Assembly (NCBI GenBank): GCA_902611715.1
Contig: CACMAQ010000003.1
Coordinates: forward strand, 1-62,266
Direction of reading: 5' to 3'
DNA length: 62,266 nt
DNA from: an uncultured Pelagibacteraceae bacterium
GTDB lineage: Bacteria; Pseudomonadota; Alphaproteobacteria; Pelagibacterales; AG-422-B15
Position 1 is the first letter of the stretch; each line of letters opens with the position of its first letter. Under the pieces are notes generated by a model, which was not told the DNA's origin, made no database searches, and saw only the letters and a list, made by a program, of their open reading frames with translations. The position numbers and the translations under genes are program-made. Shown here piece by piece: positions 1-8,985 of the stretch.

Positions 1-231
1 GAACTCTGAAACAATATGCTCGAACAAAGGTTTGTCTTTTAAAAATTCGTAGCTCAATCCATGCACCTTAAATGATGAGTCAGGCACATCTCGCTCGGGA
101 TTAATATATTGTTGGTATGTTTTACCAGTGGGGAGATAATCAATTATTTCTATTGCAGCAATTTCAATGACTCTGTGACCCTCTGAAGGCCTTAGTCCGG
201 TGGTTTCTGTATCAAGTACGACTTGTCTCAT
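1..231 (-). CDS. dnaQ: DNA polymerase III subunit epsilon (3'-5' proofreading exonuclease), first 77 codons; the gene continues past the window start
   Basis: Not in the ORF track because it is truncated. My minus-strand translation from ATG 231-229 is MRQVVLDTETTGLRPSEGHRVIEIAAIEIIDYLPTGKTYQQYINPERDVPDSSFKVHGLSYEFLKDKPLFEHIVSEF. It carries the ExoI motif DTETTG. ATGA overlap with the coaE stop. The coaE-dnaQ adjacency is typical of Alphaproteobacteria. Confidence 0.85.
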   Translation of the reverse strand, partial: MRQVVLDTETTGLRPSEGHRVIEIAAIEIIDYLPTGKTYQQYINPERDVPDSSFKVHGLSYEFLKDKPLFEHIVSEF

Positions 232-851
232 TGATTAAAGAAGGTATTCCACGCCTTTGGATTAATCAATTTAATTTTTGCAGCAACTTCTTTTACCTCT
301 GATTTGGTATCTTCAATAGTATTATCAGTCGAAATGATGTAATCTGCTTTTTTTAATTTGCCTTTGTCTGGCATTTGTTGATCTTTAATAGCATTAAAAA
401 TTTCTAACGGTACTTTTCTCTCCAACACCACTCTGGATTGTTGTGTTGCTTCAGATGCTGTCACCACCACAGAAACGTCTACATATTTTTCTCCTCCAGT
501 TTCAAAGAGTAATGGAATGTCTAAAACACAACCCATCTTTCCTTCTTCAATTAATTTTTTTATGTAAATTATTTGGTATTTCCTTGTTACAGGATGAACA
601 ATTTGTTCTAGGTCTCTAAATTTATCAGGGTCTTTATTTAGAATATCTCTTAATGCTAATCGATTGACTACACCATCTTTCGTTGAGCCTGGAAACTGTC
701 TCTCTACTTTTTCTATAACCTCTTTATCGTTTTCGTAGATGTAATGAACTGTATCGTCAGCGTTATAAACGCCGTAACCGTGCTCTTTAAACATTTGAGC
801 GACAGTTGATTTTCCCATTCCAATAGACCCTGTTACACCAACCAACAACAT
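228..851 (-). CDS. coaE: Dephospho-CoA kinase
   Basis: 207 aa with P-loop GVTGSIGMGKST at the N-terminus. TAATG junction with aroE. Confidence 0.9.
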   Translation of the reverse strand: MLLVGVTGSIGMGKSTVAQMFKEHGYGVYNADDTVHYIYENDKEVIEKVERQFPGSTKDGVVNRLALRDILNKDPDKFRDLEQIVHPVTRKYQIIYIKKLIEEGKMGCVLDIPLLFETGGEKYVDVSVVVTASEATQQSRVVLERKVPLEIFNAIKDQQMPDKGKLKKADYIISTDNTIEDTKSEVKEVAAKIKLINPKAWNTFFNQ

Positions 852-1675
852 TAGTTAGCCCCCAATACACTCATTAAACCTTCATCAATCTCAGGCATTG
901 TGTCGTGCCACAAGTTGAAGGACTGTGCAGCTTGATGGATTAGCATTTCTAGTCCATTTTGAACTGTGCAGCCGTTTTTCTCAGCGTGTCTTAGAAAAGT
1001 TGTCTTGCTTGGATTGTATATCAGGTCATAAACATGCGCAGATGAATTCAGGCTATCAAAGTCTATTAAATTGTGTTCTTCACCTTCTTGTTGTCCTAAG
1101 CTTGTGGTGTTGACAACTATTTGTGAGGATCCAACAAACTCTCTAAGTGTTGTTTCTGTTAAGATTGTTGCCTCAACACCCAGGTCGCTGCAAAGTGATT
1201 CTGCGTTTTCTCTTGTTCTATTATAAATACCAATCTCACACTTCATGTGTGTTAGTGCATATACTACCGCCCTTGCTGATCCGCCAGCTCCAAGCACCAA
1301 ACATAGCTTGTTATTTAAGCCTCTGTTTGCAATTGATTTTTCAAAACCAATCGGGTCGGTGTTATCCCCATAAACACCATCTTTGTTTATTATGAGCGTG
1401 TTAACTGCTTTGAGGGTTCTTGCAACATCGGAGGTGTTGTCACAATATTTGTATGCGTCCTCTTTAAGGGGGATCGTAACATTCAAACCGTAGTAGCCCT
1501 CTTCTATTAAACGGTCAACATCCTTAATAAAGTTTTCTTTTCTTACATTTATTTTTTTGTAAGGATCTGCGTTAATTTTCTCACTTTCAATCCAGTGATT
1601 ATGAATTTTAGGTGAAAGACTGTGGTCTATTGGATCTCCAATAACTGCTGTTTTTTTATTTGCCATTGTTTTCAA
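851..1675 (-). CDS. aroE: Shikimate 5-dehydrogenase
   Basis: 274 aa with motifs VIGDPIDHSLSP, NVTIPLK and the NADP loop LGAGGSARA. An alternative start is ATG at 1666. Confidence 0.9.
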   Translation of the reverse strand: MKTMANKKTAVIGDPIDHSLSPKIHNHWIESEKINADPYKKINVRKENFIKDVDRLIEEGYYGLNVTIPLKEDAYKYCDNTSDVARTLKAVNTLIINKDGVYGDNTDPIGFEKSIANRGLNNKLCLVLGAGGSARAVVYALTHMKCEIGIYNRTRENAESLCSDLGVEATILTETTLREFVGSSQIVVNTTSLGQQEGEEHNLIDFDSLNSSAHVYDLIYNPSKTTFLRHAEKNGCTVQNGLEMLIHQAAQSFNLWHDTMPEIDEGLMSVLGAN

Positions 1676-2261
1676 ATAGAAGATTGTTGTCCCAAAGGAA
1701 CTGGGTTAATTGAATTAATGATATGCCCTGTATTGAAAAAAGGTCACTCCCAATATTTTCAAAAAGTTTAATTCCTTCCTCCTCAACTGCATAGACACCT
1801 ACAAGACCAAGAGTATTATCGTCGACTTTATTTAAATACTCTTTTATCAAATCCTCGCTTAGCTTTCGCATGTGCATTTTAGATCTGTCTACATACTTCC
1901 AAATAATTTTGTTGTCTTTAGCGACTGTTGTGGCAGTTATGAGTGTGTGGATGGATCCGCTCATTTTCATCAACTGTTCTTTTGCTTCATTTCTATCCCT
2001 AGCTTTGTTAATTAATTCGCCTTTCAGATCCAAACCTTGGTCTGATCCAATAACAAATGAACTTTTATTAGACATGGAGGGCTTCAAGGCCTTCATCTCG
2101 GCAAGTTTAACCACTGTCTCTTCGGGTGTATTTTTACTCATCGACATCTTGACTTCTTCCTCATCTACACCATGAGCAACGACCTCAAAGCTTATGCCGG
2201 CGTTGCGCAATAATTTAATCCTTGTTTCGCTTTTAGATGCCAAAATTATATCTCTGTTCAT
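1656..2261 (-). CDS. maf: Maf-like nucleoside-triphosphate pyrophosphatase / septum formation inhibitor family
   Basis: 201 aa. N-terminus IILASKSETRIKLL and GSDQ are Maf-family hallmarks. The maf-aroE-coaE-dnaQ order is conserved in Alphaproteobacteria. Confidence 0.85.
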   Translation of the reverse strand: MNRDIILASKSETRIKLLRNAGISFEVVAHGVDEEEVKMSMSKNTPEETVVKLAEMKALKPSMSNKSSFVIGSDQGLDLKGELINKARDRNEAKEQLMKMSGSIHTLITATTVAKDNKIIWKYVDRSKMHMRKLSEDLIKEYLNKVDDNTLGLVGVYAVEEEGIKLFENIGSDLFSIQGISLIQLTQFLWDNNLLFENNGK

Positions 2262-2534
2262 AAACCTGTATAAACCCCTTATGATCTGTGGGTACTTTTA
2301 CTATCTGTGCCCATCTGTAATTTTTAACTTATTTTTCTATCTTTATTGAGAATTTTTGCAAACTTTGTTCACCTGTTAGAGATATTGGGGTTTTCTTCCA
2401 AGTCAGTGTATAAGGTTAAAAAACATATAATTCAAAGCGATTGTTCTGTGTATCGAATTGTGGGCAAAAAGCGACTTTTTATATATACACAATTCCACAG
2501 GAACATAAACAACTACAATTATATATATAATATA
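2262..2534. other. Candidate chromosomal replication origin (oriC) in the maf-hemE spacer
   Basis: This is the longest non-coding stretch in the window, and transcription diverges from it. DnaA-box-like 9-mers: TGTGGGTAC 2287-2295, TTGTTCACC 2366-2374, TGTGGGCAA 2459-2467, AATTCCACA 2491-2499 (6-7/9 to TTATNCACA). There are three ATCTGT repeats at 2284, 2303 and 2313, and a pure A/T run at 2517-2534. A hemE-adjacent oriC is established for Caulobacter, Rickettsia and Sinorhizobium. The box matches alone are not statistically convincing. Confidence 0.45.
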
Positions 2535-3521
2535 ATGAATATATTTATAGATACACTTAAGGGTCAAAAAACAAACCCAACACCAGTTTGGTTAATGAGA
2601 CAAGCAGGAAGACATTTACCTGAATATATAAGTATCAGAAAACAGTTTACAAACCTTATGGATATGTTTCTTGATCCCTCGATAATATTTGAAATTTCCA
2701 TGCAGCCTGTAAACAGATATGGTATGGATGCCTGTATTGTGTTTTCAGATATTTTAATAACCCCTTTTGCAGCGGGCTCAAGTGTTAGTTTTATTGATGG
2801 GCAGGGCCCCGTAATAAAGTTCAATGAGAACATGAGCTATAATCTTGAAAAAACCCTACCCCTTGCAACAGGAATAAAAAAAATTAAAGAAAATACAGAC
2901 GTCCCCTTAATAGGGTTTGCTGGCGGAGTATGGACGACACTGTTTTATTGTTTATATGAAAAGAATGAACGTCAAAATCTAAAATTCGAAGATATTGTAA
3001 AAAAGACTTCACAAATAGACAATTTAATCGAGCAAATGACACATGCGATTATTCAACACACAGAAATGCAAATTGATTGTGGGATTGATGCTTTTCAAAT
3101 ATTTGAATCAGCAGCAGAACATTTGAATGAGGAACAGTTCAACAAATGGTGTATTCAACCTACAAAAAAAATTATTGAGAGTATAAAAAAAATAAAAGAC
3201 ATTCCTATTATCGGTTTTCCTAGAAACACTAATCTTGCATGTTATAAAAAATATTCAAATATAGATAAGCTTGATTGTATTACCTTAGACTATAATTTTC
3301 CTTTAGATAAAATTAATGAGCTAAATGATAAAATTGTTTTTCAAGGAAATCTAGATCCTAAACACCTATTAAAAGACTCCCAAAATCTTAGTCAGAAGAT
3401 CGAAGAAATATTGTTTGCTTTTAGAGAAAGACCGCATATTTTCAATTTAGGACACGGGGTTTTACCCGAGACATCAATCGAGAAAGTTGAGGAAATGCTC
3501 TTACAGATAAGGTCAACATGA
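2535..3521 (+). CDS. hemE: Uroporphyrinogen decarboxylase
   Basis: Start moved from the track's TTG at 2346 to ATG at 2535. MNIFIDTLKGQKTNPTPVWLMRQAGRHLPEY is the canonical UroD N-terminus. ATGA overlap with hemH. Confidence 0.9.
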   Translation: MNIFIDTLKGQKTNPTPVWLMRQAGRHLPEYISIRKQFTNLMDMFLDPSIIFEISMQPVNRYGMDACIVFSDILITPFAAGSSVSFIDGQGPVIKFNENMSYNLEKTLPLATGIKKIKENTDVPLIGFAGGVWTTLFYCLYEKNERQNLKFEDIVKKTSQIDNLIEQMTHAIIQHTEMQIDCGIDAFQIFESAAEHLNEEQFNKWCIQPTKKIIESIKKIKDIPIIGFPRNTNLACYKKYSNIDKLDCITLDYNFPLDKINELNDKIVFQGNLDPKHLLKDSQNLSQKIEEILFAFRERPHIFNLGHGVLPETSIEKVEEMLLQIRST

Positions 3522-4537
3522 AAACAGCGGTCGTTTTATTTAATTTGGGCGGACCAGATAAACAAGAAAGCGTAAAACCTTTTTTATTTAATCTGTTCAA
3601 TGATCCCAATATATTTAGACTTCCAAATCCCTTCAGGTATTTATTGGCAAGACTTATATCTTCCCGTCGCACCAAAGAGGCCACTGAAATTTATGCCGAA
3701 ATAGGCGGTAAATCCCCTATTCTTGAAATTACCAACTCCCAAGCTCAGGCCCTTCAGAAGGAGTTAATAAATAAAGGTATCGAGAACAAGGTATTTGTTT
3801 GTATGAGATATTGGCATCCAATGACAGCTGAGGTCGTTTCAAAAGTTAAAGACTATAACCCAGACAAAATATTTTTACTGCCCCTGTATCCACAGTACTC
3901 CACCACGACAACAAAATCTTCTCTGGATGCATGGTTCAACGAAGCACAAAACCAGGAATTAAATGCAAAAACAAAATACACCTGTTGTTATCCATACGAC
4001 ACAAAATTAATCAAAGCCCATCAGAAACTGATCCAAGAAAAAATAAACCACATCAAAGATAAAAAAATAAGAGTTCTGTTTTCTGCTCACAGTTTACCTG
4101 TATCAATAATTAAAAAAGGTGATCCATATCAGTGGCAAGTGGAGCAAACAGTAAAGGCGGTCATACAGGGCATTCATGGTTATGAAGATCATGTTTTGGC
4201 TTACCAAAGTAAAGTTACTCCAGTTAAATGGCTTGAACCAACAACACCAAGTGAAATTGAAAATGCTATTAGCAAAGAGAGAGCGCTGGTTATTGTGCCA
4301 ATTGCGTTTGTTTCGGATCACTCTGAAACACTTGTCGAATTAGATATCGAGTACCAAGAACTTGCAAGCGAACTAGGCTGTAAGCATTACTATAGATCTG
4401 AGTCTTTAAATATTGATCAAACATTTATAGAAAGCTTATCTGAAATAGTTAGTGAGTCAGAGAAAGTTGAGAGCGGAAATATCAGGCAAAAGATATGTCC
4501 GGCAACATTTAAACAATGTGATCAAGACTTAAGATGA
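3518..4537 (+). CDS. hemH: Ferrochelatase
   Basis: 339 aa with motifs LFNLGGPD, FSAHSLP and SDHSETL. Confidence 0.9.
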   Translation: MKTAVVLFNLGGPDKQESVKPFLFNLFNDPNIFRLPNPFRYLLARLISSRRTKEATEIYAEIGGKSPILEITNSQAQALQKELINKGIENKVFVCMRYWHPMTAEVVSKVKDYNPDKIFLLPLYPQYSTTTTKSSLDAWFNEAQNQELNAKTKYTCCYPYDTKLIKAHQKLIQEKINHIKDKKIRVLFSAHSLPVSIIKKGDPYQWQVEQTVKAVIQGIHGYEDHVLAYQSKVTPVKWLEPTTPSEIENAISKERALVIVPIAFVSDHSETLVELDIEYQELASELGCKHYYRSESLNIDQTFIESLSEIVSESEKVESGNIRQKICPATFKQCDQDLR

Positions 4538-4977
4538 ATTCAATTTTCTTATATAATTTATTTCTTAGTTTGCACATCATCAGCGTTATAGCTTGGATGG
4601 CGGGCTTATTATATTTGCCAAGAATATTTGTTTATCATTGGAGTAAAGAGGTGGGGTCTGACTCTTCAGAGACTTTTAAATTAATGGAATTACGTTTACT
4701 TAAAATTATTATGAATCCAGCAATGATATTTTCATGGTTTTTTGGTTTAGCGTTGATTTCAAATTTGGGTATTGATGCTCTGTTTCAACTATGGCTTCAA
4801 TTAAAAATCATATTTGTGATCCTTTTGTCCGGAGTTCATGGGTATTTCTCAAAATTAACAAGTGAGTTTCAAGAGGATAAAAGGCCAAAATCAGAGCGTT
4901 TTTTTAGAATTATCAATGAATTTCCTACGGTTTTAATGATAATTGTTGTATTTCTAGTTATTTTTAAACCAATATAA
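4534..4977 (+). CDS. hemJ: Protoporphyrinogen IX oxidase, HemJ type (UPF0093 membrane protein)
   Basis: 147 aa with about 4 TM segments. LHIISVIAWMAGLLYLPRIFVYH matches the HemJ signature. ATGA-coupled to hemH. Confidence 0.75.
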   Translation: MNSIFLYNLFLSLHIISVIAWMAGLLYLPRIFVYHWSKEVGSDSSETFKLMELRLLKIIMNPAMIFSWFFGLALISNLGIDALFQLWLQLKIIFVILLSGVHGYFSKLTSEFQEDKRPKSERFFRIINEFPTVLMIIVVFLVIFKPI

Positions 4978-5054
4978 AACTTGCTATATTTAACGATTAC
5001 GGTTAGAAAGCAGCTTCCAAACTATTTTCCACATTATCATCATCATTAATACGA

Positions 5055-6320
5055 ATGGCTAAAAACTTAAAATTAAGAGACCTTAAGAAAAAAACTCCAC
5101 AAGAACTTCTTGTTTATGCGGAGGAACTTGGCGTTGAAAATGCTAGTTCAATGCGTACTCAAGATATGCTGTTTGAAATATTGAAAACTCTTGCAAATGA
5201 CAGCAAAGATATTGACGGTGAAGGAGTTTTAGAAGTTTTACAGGATGGGTTTGGTTTTTTAAGATCAATGGAGGCTAATTATCTTCCGGGTCCTGATGAT
5301 ATTTATGTAAGCCCGAGTCAAATTAAAAGATTTGGATTGAGATCAGGAGACACTGTTGAAGGTCCAATTAGAGCACCAAAGGACGGTGAACGTTATTTTG
5401 CATTATTAAAAATTGATACAATCAACTACGAAGCAACCGAAAAAAGTAGAAATAAAATTAACTTTGATAACCTGACACCTCTTTATCCAGATGAGCAAAT
5501 CAGATTAGAAACTGAAAAACCAGCAAGTGATCAAAGTTCAAGAGTAATTGACCTGGTTGCACCAATCGGTAAGGGTCAAAGAGCACTTATTGTTTCACCA
5601 CCAAGAACAGGTAAAACAGTCTTATTGCAAAATATTGCACACTCAATTACTGATAATCACCCTGAATGTTATTTGATGGTTCTATTAATTGATGAGAGAC
5701 CAGAGGAAGTTACCGACATGCAACGCTCTGTAAAAGGAGAGGTTGTCAGCTCAACATTTGATGAGCCCGCATCACGTCACGTACAGGTTGCAGAAATGGT
5801 TATTAATAAAGCAAAAAGATTAGTAGAGCATAAAAAAGATGTCGTTATTCTTTTAGACTCCATTACAAGACTGGGTCGTGCTTATAATACGGTTGTTCCA
5901 AGTTCAGGAAAAGTATTAACAGGTGGTGTTGATGCAAACGCACTACAAAGACCAAAGAGATTTTTTGGTGCAGCTAGAAATATTGAAGATGGTGGATCAC
6001 TGACCATTATTTCAACCGCTCTGATTGATACAGGTAGTAGAATGGATGAGGTAATCTTTGAGGAATTTAAAGGTACTGGTAACTCAGAAATTATATTGGA
6101 TAGAAAAGTTGCTGATAAAAGAATATATCCTGCAATTGATATAACTAAGTCCGGTACTCGAAAAGAAGAGATACTGCTTGATAAAGACGAGCTTCAAAAA
6201 ATGTATGTTCTCAGACGTATTTTGAACCCAATGGGAACAATGGACTCTATTGAGTTTTTATTAGGTAAACTTAAAGAAACTAAGGATAATGCAGATTTCT
6301 TTCAGTCAATGAATAAGTAA
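5055..6320 (+). CDS. rho: Transcription termination factor Rho
   Basis: 421 aa with a Rho N-terminal and RNA-binding domain (GFGFLR), Walker A PPRTGKT, and C-terminal [11 protein letters not shown]. Confidence 0.95.
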   Translation: MAKNLKLRDLKKKTPQELLVYAEELGVENASSMRTQDMLFEILKTLANDSKDIDGEGVLEVLQDGFGFLRSMEANYLPGPDDIYVSPSQIKRFGLRSGDTVEGPIRAPKDGERYFALLKIDTINYEATEKSRNKINFDNLTPLYPDEQIRLETEKPASDQSSRVIDLVAPIGKGQRALIVSPPRTGKTVLLQNIAHSITDNHPECYLMVLLIDERPEEVTDMQRSVKGEVVSSTFDEPASRHVQVAEMVINKAKRLVEHKKDVVILLDSITRLGRAYNTVVPSSGKVLTGGVDANALQRPKRFFGAARNIEDGGSLTIISTALIDTGSRMDEVIFEEFKGTGNSEIILDRKVADKRIYPAIDITKSGTRKEEILLDKDELQKMYVLRRILNPMGTMDSIEFLLGKLKETKDNADFFQSMNK

Positions 6321-6321
6321 A

Positions 6322-6861
6322 CTATCCTTCCGCCTTCATCAACGACCTTATCTGATAACTTTTAGAAATCTTTTTTGAGCCCTTAAGGTTCCATAAATCA
6401 ATTATCATGAAAAATTCAATTTTCTTAACTCCAAGTTTTGAAATTAGCTTTGCGGCCGCATTAGCTGTTCCACCGGTTGCAATTAAGTCATCGACAATCA
6501 AAACCTTATCTCTAGAAGTGATCGAGTTTTTGTGTACCTGGATTTCATCCATTCCATACTCTAGCTTGTATTTTTGTTTGACTATTTTTCCTGGAAGTTT
6601 CCCTTTTTTTCTTATTGGAATAAAAGGTAAGCCAAGCTTGTAGGCAACAGCTGATCCAAAGATGAAGCCTCTTGCTTCTATACCAGCTACTTTAGTAAAT
6701 TTATTTTTTCTACAGTATTTAGAAATTTCATTAACAACTTCGGTAAAAAGCTGCTTACTGTCTGTGATTGAAGTTATATCTTGAAACTGAATACCTTTTT
6801 TTGGAAAATCAGGAATTACCCTAATCTTCTTTTCAAGATTATTTTTTAGTTTTTTGTTCAA
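6322..6861 (-). CDS. apt: Adenine phosphoribosyltransferase
   Basis: 179 aa with IPDFPKKGIQFQDIT and the PRPP loop VLIVDDLIATGGT. Confidence 0.9.
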   Translation of the reverse strand: MNKKLKNNLEKKIRVIPDFPKKGIQFQDITSITDSKQLFTEVVNEISKYCRKNKFTKVAGIEARGFIFGSAVAYKLGLPFIPIRKKGKLPGKIVKQKYKLEYGMDEIQVHKNSITSRDKVLIVDDLIATGGTANAAAKLISKLGVKKIEFFMIIDLWNLKGSKKISKSYQIRSLMKAEG

Positions 6862-7294
6862 TGTTCAGTAAATTTCTTTTGGTATTTAACCCACCCACAG
6901 ATGTAAATCCTGTGAGTTTGCCGTCACTTCCAACTACTCTGTGACATGGAACTGTCATCATAAGATTATTTTTTCCTAAAGCGCCCCCAACAGCTCGGGG
7001 CGAAGTTCTTAACTTCCTTGCAATGTCCCCATAAGTTGTTGTTCTTCCATAAGGTATCCTTCGTAAGTAATTCCAAACACGGTTTTGAAATTTTGTACCC
7101 ATTTGCCTTGTTGGAAAATTAAGGGATCGCCTTTTGCGCGCAAGATACATTTTAATTTGAAGTGCGGATCTTTTTAGAAGCTTATCCTCTGTTTTGTTAG
7201 GCTTTTTCCTTGTTCTATGAACCGCTATTATTCTATTTTTGCTTGAGACAAGCTCAATATTGCCAATGATTGATTTGAAAACGTAGCTGCTCAT
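6839..7294 (-). CDS. ogt: Methylated-DNA--protein-cysteine methyltransferase
   Basis: 151 aa with active-site PCHRVV and YGDIA. Its 3' end overlaps the apt start by 23 nt. Confidence 0.85.
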   Translation of the reverse strand: MSSYVFKSIIGNIELVSSKNRIIAVHRTRKKPNKTEDKLLKRSALQIKMYLARKRRSLNFPTRQMGTKFQNRVWNYLRRIPYGRTTTYGDIARKLRTSPRAVGGALGKNNLMMTVPCHRVVGSDGKLTGFTSVGGLNTKRNLLNIEQKTKK

Positions 7295-7324
7295 ATATAT
7301 AAGATATTATAATTTTTTGACCTT

Positions 7325-7645
7325 ATGACTAACAAATTTTTTGAAAGACACGTATTTTTTTGCACAAACCAAAGACCTGAAGGTCATCCAAAAGGTTGTT
7401 GTGCTTCTAAAAATTCAACAGTGCTAAGAGCCTATATGAAGAAAAAAACAAAAGAATTAGTCTCCGATAAGAAAATAAGAATAAATGCATCAGGCTGTTT
7501 GGATCATTGTGAATTTGGTCCTACACTTGTTGTTTATCCAGATAATGTTTGGTACTCGTGTAAAACAGAAGAAGAGGTGGACCAAGTAATCAATGAACAT
7601 CTGATCAACGACCGTATTGCCGAAAATCTCCAAATAAAAAAATGA
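7325..7645 (+). CDS. Thioredoxin-like [2Fe-2S] ferredoxin family protein
   Basis: 106 aa with Cys at 13, 25/26, 58 and 62 (FFCTNQR...GCC...SGCLDHCEFGP), the pattern of this family. ATGA overlap with mnmE. Confidence 0.75.
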   Translation: MTNKFFERHVFFCTNQRPEGHPKGCCASKNSTVLRAYMKKKTKELVSDKKIRINASGCLDHCEFGPTLVVYPDNVWYSCKTEEEVDQVINEHLINDRIAENLQIKK

Positions 7646-8937
7646 CAATTTTTGCACTATCAACTGCCAGCGGTGTTGCGGGGTTAGCGGTTGTAAGAGT
7701 CTCGGGACATCTAGCACTTACTGCCCTTAAAACAATATCAAGAAAGAGTCACTTCGATCCAAACGTCCTAACAAAATCAGAATTTTATGATCCAGAAAGT
7801 GGTAACTTAATAGACAAGGGTCTTGCTGTATTTTTCTCAAAACCCAAAAGTTTCACAGGTGAAGATGTTGTTGAGTTTCATGTTCATGGCGGCCATACAA
7901 CTGTTCAGCTTTTACTTAAATCACTTTCTAATATTGATCAGTTGAGACTTGCTCAACCCGGTGAATTTTCAAAAAGAGCATTTGTGAATAACAAAATGGA
8001 TCTTACAGCAATTGAAGCTATGGGTGATCTAATTAATGCGCAAACTGAAATTCAACATAATCAAGCACTGTCCCAGATGAATGGCTCACTGAATAAATTA
8101 TATTTATCATGGAGAAAGTCTTTAATAGAGTTAGTTGCCTATCTCGAAGCGGATATAGATTTTGCGGATGAAGACATTCCCGAAAATGTTCTTAACAACA
8201 TCAATTCAAAAATTGAAACACTTTTAGGCGAAATGAGTGAACACTTAAAAAAACGTAATCAAGGAGAAATATTAAGGGATGGTTATAAAGTCGCCATCAT
8301 TGGATCTCCAAATGTTGGTAAATCAAGTTTGATAAATTCACTTGCTAATCGTGATGTTGCAATTGTGTCTGATAGGGAGGGCACGACCAGAGATGCGATT
8401 GAAGTAAGGCTAAATATTGCTGGATTTCCAGTCATTTTAACAGACACTGCGGGTTTAAGAGACACTGAAGACGAGATCGAAAAAAAAGGAATTGAAATAA
8501 CTCAAAGTAAAATAAAAGAAGCAAATTTAGTTTTGGAATTATTTGATGATCCAAATGATGTTGAGTTACATCAGGATCGACTTACAGTTCTAAATAAATG
8601 TGACTTGCATAGTAATTATAAAAAAGAAGGCTGTATCAATATTTCAGTTTCAAATGGAAGTGGTATTGATAATTTAATCAATAAAATTGCTGAGCACGTA
8701 TCAAGCAAATTCACAAGTTACACCGATACAATACCAACAAAGATTCGGTACATTCTAGGTGTTCAAAGTTCAATACAAAGTTTACTCAGTGCAAAAAGTA
8801 TAGATTTAAAAGTTAATTCTGAACTTATGGTTGAAGAGTTAAGATTAGCCATTCAAGAAATTGGAAAAATAACTGGTCATGTTGATGTTGAAGAATATTT
8901 AGAAGTTATTTTTAAAGATTTTTGCATCGGTAAATAA
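7642..8937 (+). CDS. mnmE: tRNA modification GTPase MnmE (TrmE)
   Basis: 431 aa with G-domain motifs GSPNVGKSSL, DTAGLR and NKCD, and C-terminal CIGK. Confidence 0.95.
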   Translation: MTIFALSTASGVAGLAVVRVSGHLALTALKTISRKSHFDPNVLTKSEFYDPESGNLIDKGLAVFFSKPKSFTGEDVVEFHVHGGHTTVQLLLKSLSNIDQLRLAQPGEFSKRAFVNNKMDLTAIEAMGDLINAQTEIQHNQALSQMNGSLNKLYLSWRKSLIELVAYLEADIDFADEDIPENVLNNINSKIETLLGEMSEHLKKRNQGEILRDGYKVAIIGSPNVGKSSLINSLANRDVAIVSDREGTTRDAIEVRLNIAGFPVILTDTAGLRDTEDEIEKKGIEITQSKIKEANLVLELFDDPNDVELHQDRLTVLNKCDLHSNYKKEGCINISVSNGSGIDNLINKIAEHVSSKFTSYTDTIPTKIRYILGVQSSIQSLLSAKSIDLKVNSELMVEELRLAIQEIGKITGHVDVEEYLEVIFKDFCIGK

Positions 8938-8961
8938 AAAAATAATTGATTGCAATTAGTC

Positions 8962-8982
8962 TAAGTTAATTTAATTAACTTA
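8962..8982. repeat. 21-bp perfect palindrome (10-bp arms, 1-nt centre) ending 4 nt before the mnmG start
   Basis: TAAGTTAATT-T-AATTAACTTA, read directly. The stem is almost entirely A/T and no T-run follows. Confidence 0.6.
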
Positions 8983-8985
8983 TTC

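Noticed and set aside
2346-2534. N-terminal 63-codon extension of the hemE ORF in the track (TTG start at 2346)
   Set aside because: The extension has no UroD similarity. The canonical UroD N-terminus begins at ATG 2535. The extension would consume the spacer, which is better explained as non-coding origin or promoter DNA.
2262-2534. CtrA-binding sites (TTAA-N7-TTAA) in the candidate origin
   Set aside because: Only an imperfect TTAA-N7-ATAA near 2416-2430 was seen, with no full match. I am also unsure whether this lineage encodes CtrA.
6839-6861. Four gene overlaps of exactly 23 nt in the ORF track (ogt/apt, hemC/hemD, rlmN/argG, and the MFS gene with the downstream membrane protein)
   Set aside because: Two of them shrink to 8-11 nt when the more plausible internal ATG starts are used (argG 49198, membrane protein 30193). 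The remaining coincidence is compatible with chance in a compact genome.
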